Positions 9,422 through 23,164 of a stretch of DNA of 64,000 bases are shown piece by piece. The position numbers and the translations under genes were made by a program. Source of the DNA: an uncultured Gammaproteobacteria bacterium (lineage in GTDB: Bacteria; Patescibacteriota; Microgenomatia; Levybacterales; GWA1-39-11); NCBI GenBank assembly GCA_964425075.1, contig CAYRKM010000001.1:180031-244030 (forward strand). The letters are read 5' to 3'. Positions within the stretch are counted from its first letter, which is position 1, and every line of letters begins with the position of its first letter. Below the pieces are notes generated by a model. That model had not been told where the DNA came from, did no database searches, and saw only the letters and a program-made list of their open reading frames with translations.

Positions 9422-10417
9422 TTAAAATCGTAAGTCGAGCTGACCAAGTGAATTCGAATCATAAACAGTTACTGCACGAATCGAACGATCATTGCGAGCT
9501 AATATCGGCGCAAGAACAGGCTTGGGTCCAAACTCAATAAAATATTCTCCACCATTATCTTTCAACGCATCAACAATCGACACAACGTCTACACAATTAG
9601 TCAATCCCCAGGATAACTGCTCCCTTATGCGTTGTCCAGAACTTGTAACTTCTGCGTTATGATTTAAAACTAACGGATAGCTTGGGTCCTGAAAATCAAT
9701 CCCTTCAAGAATCTCTTCAAACAGAGGAATTGCATCTTCCATGTGGGGAGTATGTAGGGGATATTTCAAAACATTATCAACTACCCTGCCGCCTCTTTCT
9801 ATAGCCAAATTCAAGGCTCTATCCATTCGATCATTAAGCCCTGAAATTGTTAGGTAGTTATGATATTTTAGAGCCGGATAAACACCCGCTTCACTACATA
9901 CACTCAAAGCTTCTTCGTGGCTTAATCTTGAAACCACTGCCATTCGTCCAGGATTTGCACTACCCACCCTTTCCATTATATTCCCTCTCTCAAGTACCAA
10001 TTTAATTGCGCTTTCTGGATCACTCACCGCGCGGGAAACTATCACGTTGGTAATCTCACCAAAACTAACACCTGCTCCCCCGACTGGACGTACAGTTCGA
10101 AACTCGGGGTATTTTTCCATTGCTGCTCTGTATGCTGCTATACTTACCACACCGGTTGCGAGTTGTACATACAATGTATCGGACAATCTTCCTTGAGAAT
10201 CCTCAAAGCAAAGTTCTCTAATATCCACACCAGACATTTTACTAGCTAGTTCAAAAACTGCCCTAGCTGCCCTTGAGGAATTATAAAGTTCTTGTCCTAT
10301 TCCTATTTCGTGAGCTGCCTGCCCTGGAAATAAATACACACCCCTTCCGGGCCAATACGACTGTTCTTTTATAGATTGAAGCTCCGGCAATACCTTTTGA
10401 GACTCTGGAGTATTCAT
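9422..10417 (-). CDS. FabD-like acyltransferase (malonyl-CoA:ACP transacylase family)
   Basis: Collinear with E. coli FabD: LFPGQAAHEIGIG (cf. FPGQGSQ), a GVSFGE nucleophile elbow (GHSLGE in FabD, with His replaced by Val), ERGNIMERV (cf. MRGKFMQEA) and the TPHMEDA His region (cf. PSHCALM). No other fab genes are in the window. Confidence 0.55.
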   Translation of the reverse strand: MNTPESQKVLPELQSIKEQSYWPGRGVYLFPGQAAHEIGIGQELYNSSRAARAVFELASKMSGVDIRELCFEDSQGRLSDTLYVQLATGVVSIAAYRAAMEKYPEFRTVRPVGGAGVSFGEITNVIVSRAVSDPESAIKLVLERGNIMERVGSANPGRMAVVSRLSHEEALSVCSEAGVYPALKYHNYLTISGLNDRMDRALNLAIERGGRVVDNVLKYPLHTPHMEDAIPLFEEILEGIDFQDPSYPLVLNHNAEVTSSGQRIREQLSWGLTNCVDVVSIVDALKDNGGEYFIEFGPKPVLAPILARNDRSIRAVTVYDSNSLGQLDLRF

Positions 10418-10888
10418 TTTAATAATTGCTAATTATCGAATAAGACCCGCATCTATTATGTAATCAATATTACAAAGTTTATGTATGAATAATTGCAGAA
10501 CATATCCTTACCCTTGTTTATTATAGAAGCATGAATAATAAAGAATATAAAAACAATCTTTATGATTGGCCAGAAATAAACTTTGACGAAATTTGGGAAT
10601 ATACAATAGAAAACAAGTCAGTTGACCTATTATACAAAGGTCTAATAATAATAATGTTTGCACCCCAAATAATAATTAAAGCCTTTACAGAAATTCTAAA
10701 GCTGAGGATATAAAGCAAAATAGACCAAAAATTTAATCCCACAAAAAAAGGAGAACAAAAGTCCCCCGGCAATGCCTACCTTTTCAAAGAAAAGTAGAGA
10801 ATTTATATAATAAATTCGTCTTATCCCCCGTGCCGAAGGCAGAAATGACTAACTAAACTCAAAGCCACAAAAAAAGGAGAACAAAAGT

Positions 10889-11003
10889 CCCCCGGCAATG
10901 ACCCATTTTCCCCCGTATGGAGTATCGTAGGCGCTAAAGCGTTTCACTTCTCTGTTCGGAATGGGAAGAGGTGGTTCCACTTCGCTCAAATTACCGAAAG
11001 GCT
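10889..11003 (-). rRNA. rrf: 5S rRNA
   Basis: The reverse complement contains CCACCTCTTCCCATTCCGAACAGAGAAGTGAAACGCTTTAGCGCC, the universal 5S core CCGAACTCAGAAGTGAAACGCC...AGCGCC. The terminal helix pairs 5' TTCGGTAAT with 3' ATTGCCGGG. Ends are accurate to about 5 nt. Confidence 0.8.
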
Positions 11004-11254
11004 TTCACCCTCCTTTATTTTGCGATAATATTTTATTTTAAAGTACAGTAATCTTTTGCTTTCGCAAAAGTCGCTCTCATTAAATCCGTTTGCACGAACG
11101 AAAGGCTTTCACCCTCCTTTATAAGAACTAAACTTAATTTTCAAACTACAAACGTTCAGCACGCTCAAAATTGGAATACAACGAAAAACTAGACCAAACA
11201 TCGTGCACTAATTAATATTTTTAAGTATTATTTAGCATGATTTTCAAAAAATCT

Positions 11255-14722
<3,468 letters not shown>

Positions 14723-15097
14723 GAAATAGCACAGATTTTTAAAAATCATGTGCGATGTTCAATATAAAAATTATAAAATTGCGCTTTCCATGTCCTTCAT
14801 GGAAATGCGCGGCCTAGTTAAATGCTCCAGTCCACTGATGTTGACTGAAGCTGTTGTATCCCAATTTTCAACGTGCTGTACCCTTAAACAGTTTGTTAAA
14901 GGATTATCTCGCCTCATGCATTTAAAGAAGGCCAGCTGTAGCGCTGCGCCTTTTTTAAAGACACGAAGTCTATTAGTTATTAGTTACTAGTAATTAGGAA
15001 TAGTTTTCAAAAACTGACAACTAGTCCTAACAACTACTCCTGAATTGGTGGACCCGGAGATGCGCTGACGCAAGTCCGAATCTCTACCTAATTCCAG

Positions 15098-15170
15098 TGG
15101 ACCCTAGGAGATTCGAACTCCTGACCTCATCATTGCAAATGATGCGCTCTACCAGCTAAGCTAAGGGCCC
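15098..15170 (-). tRNA. tRNA-Ala (anticodon UGC)
   Basis: Reverse complement: GGGCCCTTAGCTTAGCTGGTAGAGCGCATCATTTGCAATGATGAGGTCAGGAGTTCGAATCTCCTAGGGTCCA. The cloverleaf folds, the anticodon loop is TTTGCAA, and the G3:U70 alanine identity pair is present. CCA is not encoded. Confidence 0.85.
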
Positions 15171-15400
15171 AAGTTTATTGCAAATCACTCAAACCTGCTT
15201 GCCTATATTGAGGGCAAAGCGGTCTTTACTATAATGAAATCCCTAAATTGTTAAACCTGTTGAGAAAAATCGAGACTCGAAGAAATTGAAGTCAGTATAA
15301 TGGCCAAGACTGGCGTTTAAACTTTACTTAATTGAAACTTTATCATGCGTATTTCGATTTACCTCAAAAGGTTTAACTATTCTACTAATATAATGAGGCT

Positions 15401-16036
15401 ATGTCAAGCAGAAAAAAAACACCCTCAATCAACTATAATAAACTAATGGAACTACCTCCCATTCGTCTTGGTTTCCTTGCCTCTCATAATGGTACCGACA
15501 TGCGGGCGATAGTCCGCAAAATTAAAGCGGGAGATCTAATCGCGAAAGCAGAAGTTGTAATTTCAAACAATTCAACAGCACCGGCTCTTGAATTTGCCCA
15601 TGAACACCATATTCCTGGATTTCATATAAGCTCCAAAACGCACGAAAATCCCGATCAAGAGATAGTAGGAACTCTCCTTCAACATGGAGTTGAACTGGTT
15701 ATTTGTGCAGGTTACATGAAAGTAATACAGCCCGATTCCCCATTACTCAAAACGTTTAAAGGGAAGCTCTGGAACGCACACCCTGCAGATACCAAAAAAT
15801 ACGGCGGAGTTGGTATGTACGGGGAGCGTGTTCACCAAGCGGTATTGGACTCAGATGATAAATATACCTATCCTACTATCCATGTTATTACAGGAAAAGT
15901 TGATGGCGGGCCAATTCTAGCACAAGGAAAAGTAGAAATTGATAGACCACATGAAACAGTAGAGACATTAAAACCCAAAGTGCAAGCTATAGAAAGCCAA
16001 CTCTACATAGATCTTTTAAATCAGCAGGTAGCCTGA
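15401..16036 (+). CDS. purN: phosphoribosylglycinamide formyltransferase (PurN-like)
   Basis: RLGFLASHNGTDMRAI (cf. PurN VLISGNGSNLQAI), GYMKVIQ...GKLWNAHPA (cf. GYMRIL...GRLLNIHPS) and HQAVLDSDDKYTYPTIHVITGKVDGGPILAQ (cf. HRQALENGDEEHGTSVHFVTDELDGGPVILQ). Confidence 0.7.
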   Translation: MSSRKKTPSINYNKLMELPPIRLGFLASHNGTDMRAIVRKIKAGDLIAKAEVVISNNSTAPALEFAHEHHIPGFHISSKTHENPDQEIVGTLLQHGVELVICAGYMKVIQPDSPLLKTFKGKLWNAHPADTKKYGGVGMYGERVHQAVLDSDDKYTYPTIHVITGKVDGGPILAQGKVEIDRPHETVETLKPKVQAIESQLYIDLLNQQVA

Positions 16037-16246
16037 AAAAAGTTTTCACGGTTTTTAAGCCCTTTTTGAGGCTACGTAGCCTCAAAAAGTATTTTTCTTA
16101 TAATTTGCCTCAAATTGGACAAAATCCTGACATTTTGGGTTCAAAATGGGCTCCATAAAAAACTTGACATCTCATCTCAGTCTGCTAGAATTCCTACTTG
16201 TGCCTTGATGACTGAATATCTTCAGCCTCAAAAGCACTCAAAAAAT

Positions 16247-17017
16247 ATGTCAAAGGCAGGATTGGCAGTATTTTTGTCAGTTGCATTTTTTGCTCTTTCA
16301 GGAATACTCAACAAGACTAATGCGCAGGAAAAGCTAACCATGCTTTCCAAAACAGAAACTCGCCCGAGTTACATCTGTTCTACTCCACTTAAAGACTTCT
16401 TCTCCACTGAAAAATGTGAGGTTAAGAAAACCGCACAAATTGATACTGTGGTAAAAGGTGCAAATCGTGAGGCTAATGAAATTACATATGCAACAGAACC
16501 TACCACATATATAGCACCTCAGATTACAGTAACACCAACAGTTACAGCAACTATTTCAACAAGTATGGTTCCAAGCCCCATGCAACAGGCTCCAATGGAT
16601 TTATTTCCAGCAAGTGGACCAAACCTAGACGCAAATTTGATTTTTGACTTAATAAATGCTCATAGAGCCTCGATTGGCAAGCCAGTTTTTCAAACTGATG
16701 CAGCTTTGTGTCAATTAGCACAAGTTAGAAGTACAGAACTTCAGGGTGAGCTTTTCGAAGGAAAAGGTGCTCTTCATTCAGGACTTTATAATAGAAACTT
16801 ACCATATTGGGTAACTGAAAATGCAAAATATGGTTCAAATGAGGCTGGAACTGTACGATGGTGGTTAAATTCTCCAATTCACAGAAGCGCTATTGAAGGT
16901 GACCACGTCTATTCATGTGGTGCATGTAATGGCACAAAATGTTCTCAACTTTTTACCTCATATACTCCAAAGGGTGGAATTGCCGTTGCAACCCAAGCAA
17001 CTGCTATTACTAAATAA
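16247..17017 (+). CDS. secreted CAP/SCP/PR1-like domain protein
   Basis: Signal peptide MSKAGLAVFLSVAFFALSG. The track ORF starts upstream at 16115, but the signal peptide begins at the ATG at 16247. The C-terminal domain has GTVRWWLNSPIHRSAIEG, like the CAP/YkwD W.NSP.HR.NIL motif, plus conserved Cys residues. Confidence 0.5.
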   Translation: MSKAGLAVFLSVAFFALSGILNKTNAQEKLTMLSKTETRPSYICSTPLKDFFSTEKCEVKKTAQIDTVVKGANREANEITYATEPTTYIAPQITVTPTVTATISTSMVPSPMQQAPMDLFPASGPNLDANLIFDLINAHRASIGKPVFQTDAALCQLAQVRSTELQGELFEGKGALHSGLYNRNLPYWVTENAKYGSNEAGTVRWWLNSPIHRSAIEGDHVYSCGACNGTKCSQLFTSYTPKGGIAVATQATAITK

Positions 17018-17056
17018 AAAAATTCTCAAGCGTTATAATTAATTGGAGGAATTTTT

Positions 17057-17626
17057 ATGTCCAAACAACTTACAAGACAACAAAAATTAGAAAATAGCGC
17101 CCTAATCTTCACCCGATGGATTGGAACTCCAGTCTCTATCATTATCCACACGGCGCTTTTTATTATGGCTTTCATGCTTTATTTTTTTGGAATTTCATTT
17201 GATGAAATACTTCTTGGGCTTACAACTATTGTTTCCCTTGAGGCAATTTACCTTTCTCTTTTTATTCAATTAACGGTAAATAAAAACACCGAAAGTCTTG
17301 AAGACGTTGAGGAAGACATTGAAGAAATTTCTGAAGACATTGAGGGACTTGAGGGTGAATTTGATGAAATTGCCGAAGATGTTGAAGGACTTGAGGGCAA
17401 TTTAAAAACTATCCGCCAAAACGTTGTAACCCTTGGAGAAGATGTTGAAGAAATTTCTGAAGATATTGATAAGTTAAGTGAGGAGGAGACAAATGAAGAA
17501 ATATTAAAAACCGCACTTTCAAGTAAATCATTACAAAACATTGAGAAACAATTGATTACTCTTTCGACTGGACTTTTGGCCCTTCAGGACGATTTGGAAG
17601 TATTAAAAAAGAATATAAAAAATTAA
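17057..17626 (+). CDS. membrane protein with acidic tandem repeats (coiled-coil-like)
   Basis: GGAGG Shine-Dalgarno 6 nt upstream. One or two TM helices (LIFTRWIGTPVSIIIHTALFIMAFMLYFFGI), then repeated EDVEEDIEEISEDIEGLEGEFDEIAEDVEGLEGN...EDVEEISEDIDKL. Confidence 0.5.
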   Translation: MSKQLTRQQKLENSALIFTRWIGTPVSIIIHTALFIMAFMLYFFGISFDEILLGLTTIVSLEAIYLSLFIQLTVNKNTESLEDVEEDIEEISEDIEGLEGEFDEIAEDVEGLEGNLKTIRQNVVTLGEDVEEISEDIDKLSEEETNEEILKTALSSKSLQNIEKQLITLSTGLLALQDDLEVLKKNIKN

Positions 17627-18883
17627 CTAGGCTGCAATTCTCTCCTCGCTCAACGCTTTTTCAAAATAATATCGCGCTCCAACAGCCCAAGCCTGAGGGT
17701 CATTTCCACCCGGAACAATTTCTCCATCTTCAAGTATTAAGAATAACTCTGGATTACTTCCTGAATTATCTCTTAAATAGTTTTTATATACGCGCTCGCT
17801 AACTTTTTCTACCCGCATAAGCGCAAGAGCTAGATCGTTTTGACCATTTGCCTCAGCCCACTCCCTGTGTCTTCTTGCTCCTTTATGAATGATTGCTTGC
17901 TCGTGTGTCCAGACTGTTTTGGCATGATATGGATCATCTACATCCTCGGCATTTTCTGCACTTAACGTCCTGTATCCAAAGTCTGTCTCCAAAGCCTCAG
18001 TATGGGCCAAAAACTGACCCAAAGTTTGTGCGTCAATATCCCCTGGCTCCAGATAATGAAGTGCGTGCAATATGTCAGAGCTAACTCCAGAAACCCCTCC
18101 AGCCCTATCTATTGCAATAAACAATCCCCTTTCCCCATCAAACAAAGAAGGCAATGCTTCTTTCATATCCTCGGCTTTTTTCTGTAATTCCGGAGAATTC
18201 AATAATCTTGCAGCACTTCTAAGACCTGCCATGTTTTGAATATGAACAAGTGGATACACAACTGGATAGAGAGGCTCTCCCCCTTCTCTTTGTGGAAGCT
18301 TTGAATCCTTCCATGAGGTTACATTCAATGCATATCTCTTTGCATCGGCATGCTTTGGATCTACTACAAAAAGGTTATTTTCATCTAAATGTCTTAAAAT
18401 ATATTCCGTTGCATATATTACATTTCCTCTCTGTCTATCAAATAGGCTCATATCTCCAGTCATTTGAATATACTGCTCATGCCCTCTTAAAAAATGGGCA
18501 TTAGTATCAGAGGCATTAAATAGAGTATTTAATCCCTCCTTTCCATCAAGAGTTACTCCTCCGCGATGTCTTACATTGTATTCATGAAAGATTGCCCCGT
18601 GCTGCTCTCCTGTTACTGGATCTTTCTTCTTGCCTTGCATTCTTGCAGCAAATTCGAGAATTTCTCTAAGCCCCAATGAATCTTCAAGTAATTCAGAAGT
18701 AATTATTTCATCCCTCGCAAAAATTCCTTCGGCATAGCTTGGAATTCCTGCCCCACGAAGTGTATGAGTCTCGTGCCGAATGGAGAGCTGATCAAGCGAG
18801 GTTTGAATGTGAGATGGATATCGTCCATCCTTTAAGACCACTGGGGGAGCTGAATGATGTGATAATTCCTGCTTCGTATCCAT
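17627..18883 (-). CDS. (alpha/alpha)6-barrel glycoside hydrolase-like protein (amylo-alpha-1,6-glucosidase / GH63 / GH15-like)
   Basis: C-terminal GEIVPGGNDPQAWAVGARYYF resembles the conserved PQAWS(A/G) segment of debranching-enzyme and GH63-type catalytic domains. Family assignment is tentative. Confidence 0.4.
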   Translation of the reverse strand: MDTKQELSHHSAPPVVLKDGRYPSHIQTSLDQLSIRHETHTLRGAGIPSYAEGIFARDEIITSELLEDSLGLREILEFAARMQGKKKDPVTGEQHGAIFHEYNVRHRGGVTLDGKEGLNTLFNASDTNAHFLRGHEQYIQMTGDMSLFDRQRGNVIYATEYILRHLDENNLFVVDPKHADAKRYALNVTSWKDSKLPQREGGEPLYPVVYPLVHIQNMAGLRSAARLLNSPELQKKAEDMKEALPSLFDGERGLFIAIDRAGGVSGVSSDILHALHYLEPGDIDAQTLGQFLAHTEALETDFGYRTLSAENAEDVDDPYHAKTVWTHEQAIIHKGARRHREWAEANGQNDLALALMRVEKVSERVYKNYLRDNSGSNPELFLILEDGEIVPGGNDPQAWAVGARYYFEKALSEERIAA

Positions 18884-18963
18884 TGGGGTAGATTGAAAAT
18901 TGATACTAGCCCTCTCTTTTTATATGCAAGTGGGGGTTGCAAGTCAATAAGGAATCGTGAAAA

Positions 18964-19968
18964 CTAAATATTTTCGAGGTATTTTTCAACTTCAAGGGCA
19001 GCCATGCAGCCAAATCCGGCAGCTGTAATTCCTTGCATGTAAGCGTTATCGTGCACATCCCCTGCTACAAATACACCCTCCATATTTGTTCGAGTGTGAT
19101 CATAAACTTTTATAAATCCTTTCTCATCAGTATCAATTCCCTCAAAAACTTTTGAATTTGGAATATGTCCAATTGCTACAAATACTCCGTCTGTTGGAAA
19201 TTCCCATAAAGTCTGCCCATTTTCGCTTGAAACTACTGTTCCACCCATTTCTTCAATTGAAACCTCTTTATCTTGATTCTGAGTTTTAATTTTTAATTTT
19301 GGGCCCGAGGTAGTAAATTTAATCTTCTCAACCTTTACATCTCCCAAAATTTCAACAGGAGTATTATTCCAAATTACAGTAATTTTCTCATTCTCAAATA
19401 CTTTTTTCTGCATAATATCAGATGCTCTGAATTCATCTCTTCTGTGAACTATAAAAACCTCTGACGCGAATTTTGTAAGCACCAAAGCTTCCTCCATTGC
19501 ACTGTCTCCTCCACCTATTACGACTACTTTTTTGTTGCGGTAAAAGGCCGCATCACAAGGAGCACAAGACGAAACACCTCGCCCAATCTTCTCTTTTTCA
19601 CCAGGAATCTGCAACCACTTAGTGTCTGCACCCGTAGCAATAATTACGCTTTTTGAGTAATATTCTTTATCATCATCAGCGACAATTTTTAAAGGCTTTT
19701 TGCTAAAGTCAGACGAGGAAAAATTGACATCCAAGATCTCAGCGCCATATCTTTCAGTCTGCTCTCGCATTCTCTTCATTAATTCCGGTCCCATTATGGG
19801 TTCTGGAAAACCAGGAAAATTCTCAACCTCTGTTGTAAGCATTAATTGTCCACCCCAGGCGCGACCTGCGATAAGTAGAGTTTTTCGGTTACCTCGACCA
19901 GTATAAATTCCAGCAGTAAGTCCTGCCGGCCCACTTCCTATAATAATAACGTCATATACTGATCCCAT
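18964..19968 (-). CDS. trxB: thioredoxin-disulfide reductase
   Basis: FAD-binding site VIIIGSGPAGLTAGIY, a redox CAPC in VSSCAPCDAAF (CATC-type position), the NADPH site VVVIGGGDSAMEEA, and a C-terminal GVFVAGDV. Confidence 0.8.
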   Translation of the reverse strand: MGSVYDVIIIGSGPAGLTAGIYTGRGNRKTLLIAGRAWGGQLMLTTEVENFPGFPEPIMGPELMKRMREQTERYGAEILDVNFSSSDFSKKPLKIVADDDKEYYSKSVIIATGADTKWLQIPGEKEKIGRGVSSCAPCDAAFYRNKKVVVIGGGDSAMEEALVLTKFASEVFIVHRRDEFRASDIMQKKVFENEKITVIWNNTPVEILGDVKVEKIKFTTSGPKLKIKTQNQDKEVSIEEMGGTVVSSENGQTLWEFPTDGVFVAIGHIPNSKVFEGIDTDEKGFIKVYDHTRTNMEGVFVAGDVHDNAYMQGITAAGFGCMAALEVEKYLENI

Positions 19969-20038
19969 AAAGTTAGCTTATTATAATACTTTTTAATTCA
20001 GGGAGAGAGTAAGGTTTTGCATGCCACAGGCAGTACAA

Positions 20039-20365
20039 TTAATTTTGAAGTGCCTCGTTTAATGCCTGTTTTAATGTATCTTTCCCCTGTACCCCAACTA
20101 GTGTTTTCTCAGGTTTGCCGCCCTTAAAAATAATGAGTGTAGGAATAGACATGATCCCAAAATCTCCGGGAACTTGAAGATTTTCATCTACATTCATTTT
20201 TCCAAATTTTACTTTACCGCTATACTCTTCTGAAAGTTCCTGAACTACTGGGTCAACCATATGACATGGTTGGCACCACTCTGCCCAAAAATCAACGAGA
20301 ACAGGGGTATCTGAATGTAGAACTTCTTTTTCAAATGTATCGTCTGTAAATTTAACTGTCGACAT
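20039..20365 (-). CDS. trx: thioredoxin
   Basis: FWAEWCQPCHMV, a WCxPC active site with a thioredoxin fold. Starting at the internal Met (MSTVKFTDD) gives a typical 108-aa protein; the track ORF extends to 20419. Confidence 0.8.
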   Translation of the reverse strand: MSTVKFTDDTFEKEVLHSDTPVLVDFWAEWCQPCHMVDPVVQELSEEYSGKVKFGKMNVDENLQVPGDFGIMSIPTLIIFKGGKPEKTLVGVQGKDTLKQALNEALQN

Positions 20366-20578
20366 AATGTGTTTGAAACGATAACCAGTATAGATGGAAA
20401 TAAGAATGTTTGTCAACAATAAAATTGGTTAAAAACTTAGAAAATGTCCTTTAAAATCGTCCATTTTGAAGTAAAAAAAGACATTGCCTTTCGACAACAT
20501 CTTTAAAAAAATCAAACTTTTTATATTATCTGTAGCAACTCCTTATTTGGTAAAGAAAAGAAACTTTTTTTGTATCAA

Positions 20579-21022
20579 CTAGCGGTAATAAGATCTTATT
20601 TGATACAAAAAGTAGAATCCTACCAAAGTAAAGACTACTCCAACAACTGAAAAAGTTACAAGGTTGGAAACAAGACTCACTACTTCACTGTAGTAAAGAA
20701 GTTTCCATCCTTTTTGTTGTTTGTTTTTGGTTCCAGGGAAAGCTACTACCATTAAGATAGAAGCTATAAGTCCCAAAAGAACTATTAATATTCCTTGGCT
20801 TGTTTCGCGTACTCCAGAAAGGAGTGCGAATGGAGCTAAGAAAGTGAAAATACCAAGTCCTACAAGAGAACCAATAACACCTAATACTCCAAACACAATT
20901 GCAAGCCATGGAGTGATTGAAACAACAATATCCTTTCCATTTTTTGGAAGCTCTGGGAGTTTTTTGTAATAATCCCCCACCGTATCAATCCATTGATCAA
21001 CTGATTTTGAACTTGATGCCAT
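20579..21022 (-). CDS. small integral membrane protein (3-4 TM), function unknown
   Basis: Hydrophobic helices (IVVSITPWLAIVFGVLGVIGSLVGLGIFTFLAPFALL; ILIVLLGLIASILMVVAF; VTFSVVGVVFTLVGFYFL). Confidence 0.45.
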   Translation of the reverse strand: MASSSKSVDQWIDTVGDYYKKLPELPKNGKDIVVSITPWLAIVFGVLGVIGSLVGLGIFTFLAPFALLSGVRETSQGILIVLLGLIASILMVVAFPGTKNKQQKGWKLLYYSEVVSLVSNLVTFSVVGVVFTLVGFYFLYQIRSYYR

Positions 21023-21083
21023 ATAATTTCACCTCCTTTCATTTTTATCATAGCATAAATTACCCTTCCCAATCCTTATTACT

Positions 21084-22274
21084 TTGACCTGGGTGTATAA
21101 TTCTTGTATGGAAATTCCCACGGGAGTTAAACCCCAAACACAAGAAAGCTCTATACCCGAACGAAACGTGATTGGTATGGCCGAAAAAGCACTCTATGCA
21201 ACCAGAAACACAACTCGTGCTAGTAATAATACAGAACGTGCAGGTGTAGAACGCTCACTCATGAATAGGTCAAAACGAGCAGAACTCTACAAAAGAGCGA
21301 TGTCCACCTCAGATAGGGAAGAAAGGAAAAGAATATTTCAAGAAGCACACACCCGCGACGAAATTGAAGCTCAATATCTATCTCAGGGTGAGGTGTCTGT
21401 CGACATGCCCAATGAAGGAGTACAAATGGCTCGCTACGTTATGCTTGAGCCTCCAGAAACCAGAAAGAGCGCTGAGAACTCATCAAAACCACCTGTTTTT
21501 CTTATTCCAGGAATTGCAAATGACCTAGCATCAGTGCAATTTTTGGCAGAAGAGTTAGCCTATGAAGGTCGTTCAGTTGTGGTTGTTGCACAACCAGATT
21601 CTGCTATGGGTAAGGTTACATCTGGCTTTGCTGATGCAGTTGACGCCTCTCCAACTCTACAACCACATGCTCAATTTTTTGAAAACTCCATGAATGCATT
21701 AATTGGAAAGGATTCTGAGGTAGAATTGTGGGGACAGTCAACCGGATCTCTCATTATTGCTGAACTTCTAAATGATCCAAAAATGCAAAAACGTGTTCAA
21801 AATGCAGTTTTACTCTCACCGGTTGGAGCAACAGATCAGTCAAAAGCTGCAATAATGATTGGTACAGGTATTCAAGAAGGAGTAAGTCTTGCAAGAAAAC
21901 CTTCAAAAATTGGTAAGTATGCTTTCGTATGGGGAAAGAACAAAAATCAGCAACCCGATAGTAAAGAGGATGCCTCAGCAAAAAAGAGAGTATTTAATAC
22001 AGTGATCGAACGCGTAACCCACAAATCACCCCTTTATGAAACAATGCGAGTCAGAGAAGGAGGAAATATAGTGGTAGTTTCTGGAGGAAAAGATAGGGTT
22101 ACAAAGAGTTCACGCGCTGACAATGACTTTGCTTCACATCCCCAAACGGAGCTTATTTCTCTTCCTCAAGGCATACACAATACGCCCATTGTTGAGGCTG
22201 AAACTGTCGTTCCTGAAATATTTGCAAAGCAGCAAATCGGGCCAATTGAAACTCAACTTAAAACAGACGCATAA
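21084..22274 (+). CDS. alpha/beta-hydrolase-fold protein (putative)
   Basis: PVFLIPGIANDLASVQF...VVVVAQP followed by VELWGQSTGSLIIAELL, a GxSxG nucleophile elbow. Confidence 0.4.
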   Translation: MTWVYNSCMEIPTGVKPQTQESSIPERNVIGMAEKALYATRNTTRASNNTERAGVERSLMNRSKRAELYKRAMSTSDREERKRIFQEAHTRDEIEAQYLSQGEVSVDMPNEGVQMARYVMLEPPETRKSAENSSKPPVFLIPGIANDLASVQFLAEELAYEGRSVVVVAQPDSAMGKVTSGFADAVDASPTLQPHAQFFENSMNALIGKDSEVELWGQSTGSLIIAELLNDPKMQKRVQNAVLLSPVGATDQSKAAIMIGTGIQEGVSLARKPSKIGKYAFVWGKNKNQQPDSKEDASAKKRVFNTVIERVTHKSPLYETMRVREGGNIVVVSGGKDRVTKSSRADNDFASHPQTELISLPQGIHNTPIVEAETVVPEIFAKQQIGPIETQLKTDA

Positions 22275-22953
22275 GGGGATTCTTGCTTAATTTTCGGTGA
22301 GCTTTAAGAAAAACCGTATTTCTCCATTTGATGTGATAGTGAATAATCAAAGACCCTGGATGATTTGCCCTACGGGATGAGGTTTTTACTTCAATTGACA
22401 AATCCCTCACATATTTTCCATATCTTCCCGTATGAATTGCTATATCCAAATCCTCATGAAATCTTTCATCATGAATATGCACCTCGTCTCGCACCTTCTC
22501 CCACACTTCCCTTCTTAAGGCAAAATTAGGTCCAAAAAGAGCTTTGTATCCAAATGGTTCATTGACCCAAAATATAAGAAAGTTAGTAACTGGCCATAAC
22601 CATTTCTTGTAAAATACTGCTCCTCCTGTTACCCTTCCCACTTCAGGATCTTCAAAATGCTTTGACATTCTCTCAACCCAATCTTTGGGAACTTGAGTAT
22701 CTGAGTCCGTACGAAGCAATACATCGCCAATTGCATGATTAAAGCCTGAATTTCTGGCATAGGTTAAGCCTTGGCTTTTCTCAGTTATTACCCTTACCCT
22801 TGCCTCTTTTGCAATTTCTGAAGTTCTGTCTGTTGAATTATTATCAACAACAATTATCTCGTCAGGCGTGAGAGTTTGGTTTTTGAGGGCTTCAAGACAT
22901 TTTCCTAGATATTTCTCTTCGTTATATGCAGGGACAATGACAGACACTTTCAT
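22258..22953 (-). CDS. family 2 glycosyltransferase
   Basis: MKVSVIVPAYNEEKYLGKCLEALKNQT...IIVVDNNSTDRTSEIA with a DSD motif (LRTDSDTQVP): the GT2 GT-A fold. Confidence 0.75.
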   Translation of the reverse strand: MKVSVIVPAYNEEKYLGKCLEALKNQTLTPDEIIVVDNNSTDRTSEIAKEARVRVITEKSQGLTYARNSGFNHAIGDVLLRTDSDTQVPKDWVERMSKHFEDPEVGRVTGGAVFYKKWLWPVTNFLIFWVNEPFGYKALFGPNFALRREVWEKVRDEVHIHDERFHEDLDIAIHTGRYGKYVRDLSIEVKTSSRRANHPGSLIIHYHIKWRNTVFLKAHRKLSKNPLMRLF

Positions 22954-23164
22954 GCATTCATGATATCATTAAAGAATGCTAAAAAGGAATAATCGTTTTG
23001 TTATAGCAGCAAAAAATGCAATTCTATTCTTTGCCCTATTTCATATTGGCATTTTGGTTTTTTTAACTGTAACAACGCAAAACATTAAATTTCTTAATAT
23101 CTTTTATATTTTAGGAATTAGTGAGCTCTATCCGAATACTGACATCGGGGTATTAAGTACAGTT

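Noticed and set aside
10531-10772. Two overlapping 60-70-aa ORFs in the spacer upstream of the rRNA locus
   Set aside because: AT-rich intergenic sequence with low-complexity translations and no RBS. It is probably a promoter or terminator region.
17266-17541. Minus-strand 91-aa Ser-rich ORF
   Set aside because: It is the antisense frame of the acidic-repeat gene at 17057-17626, an artefact of the GAA/GAT-rich repeats.
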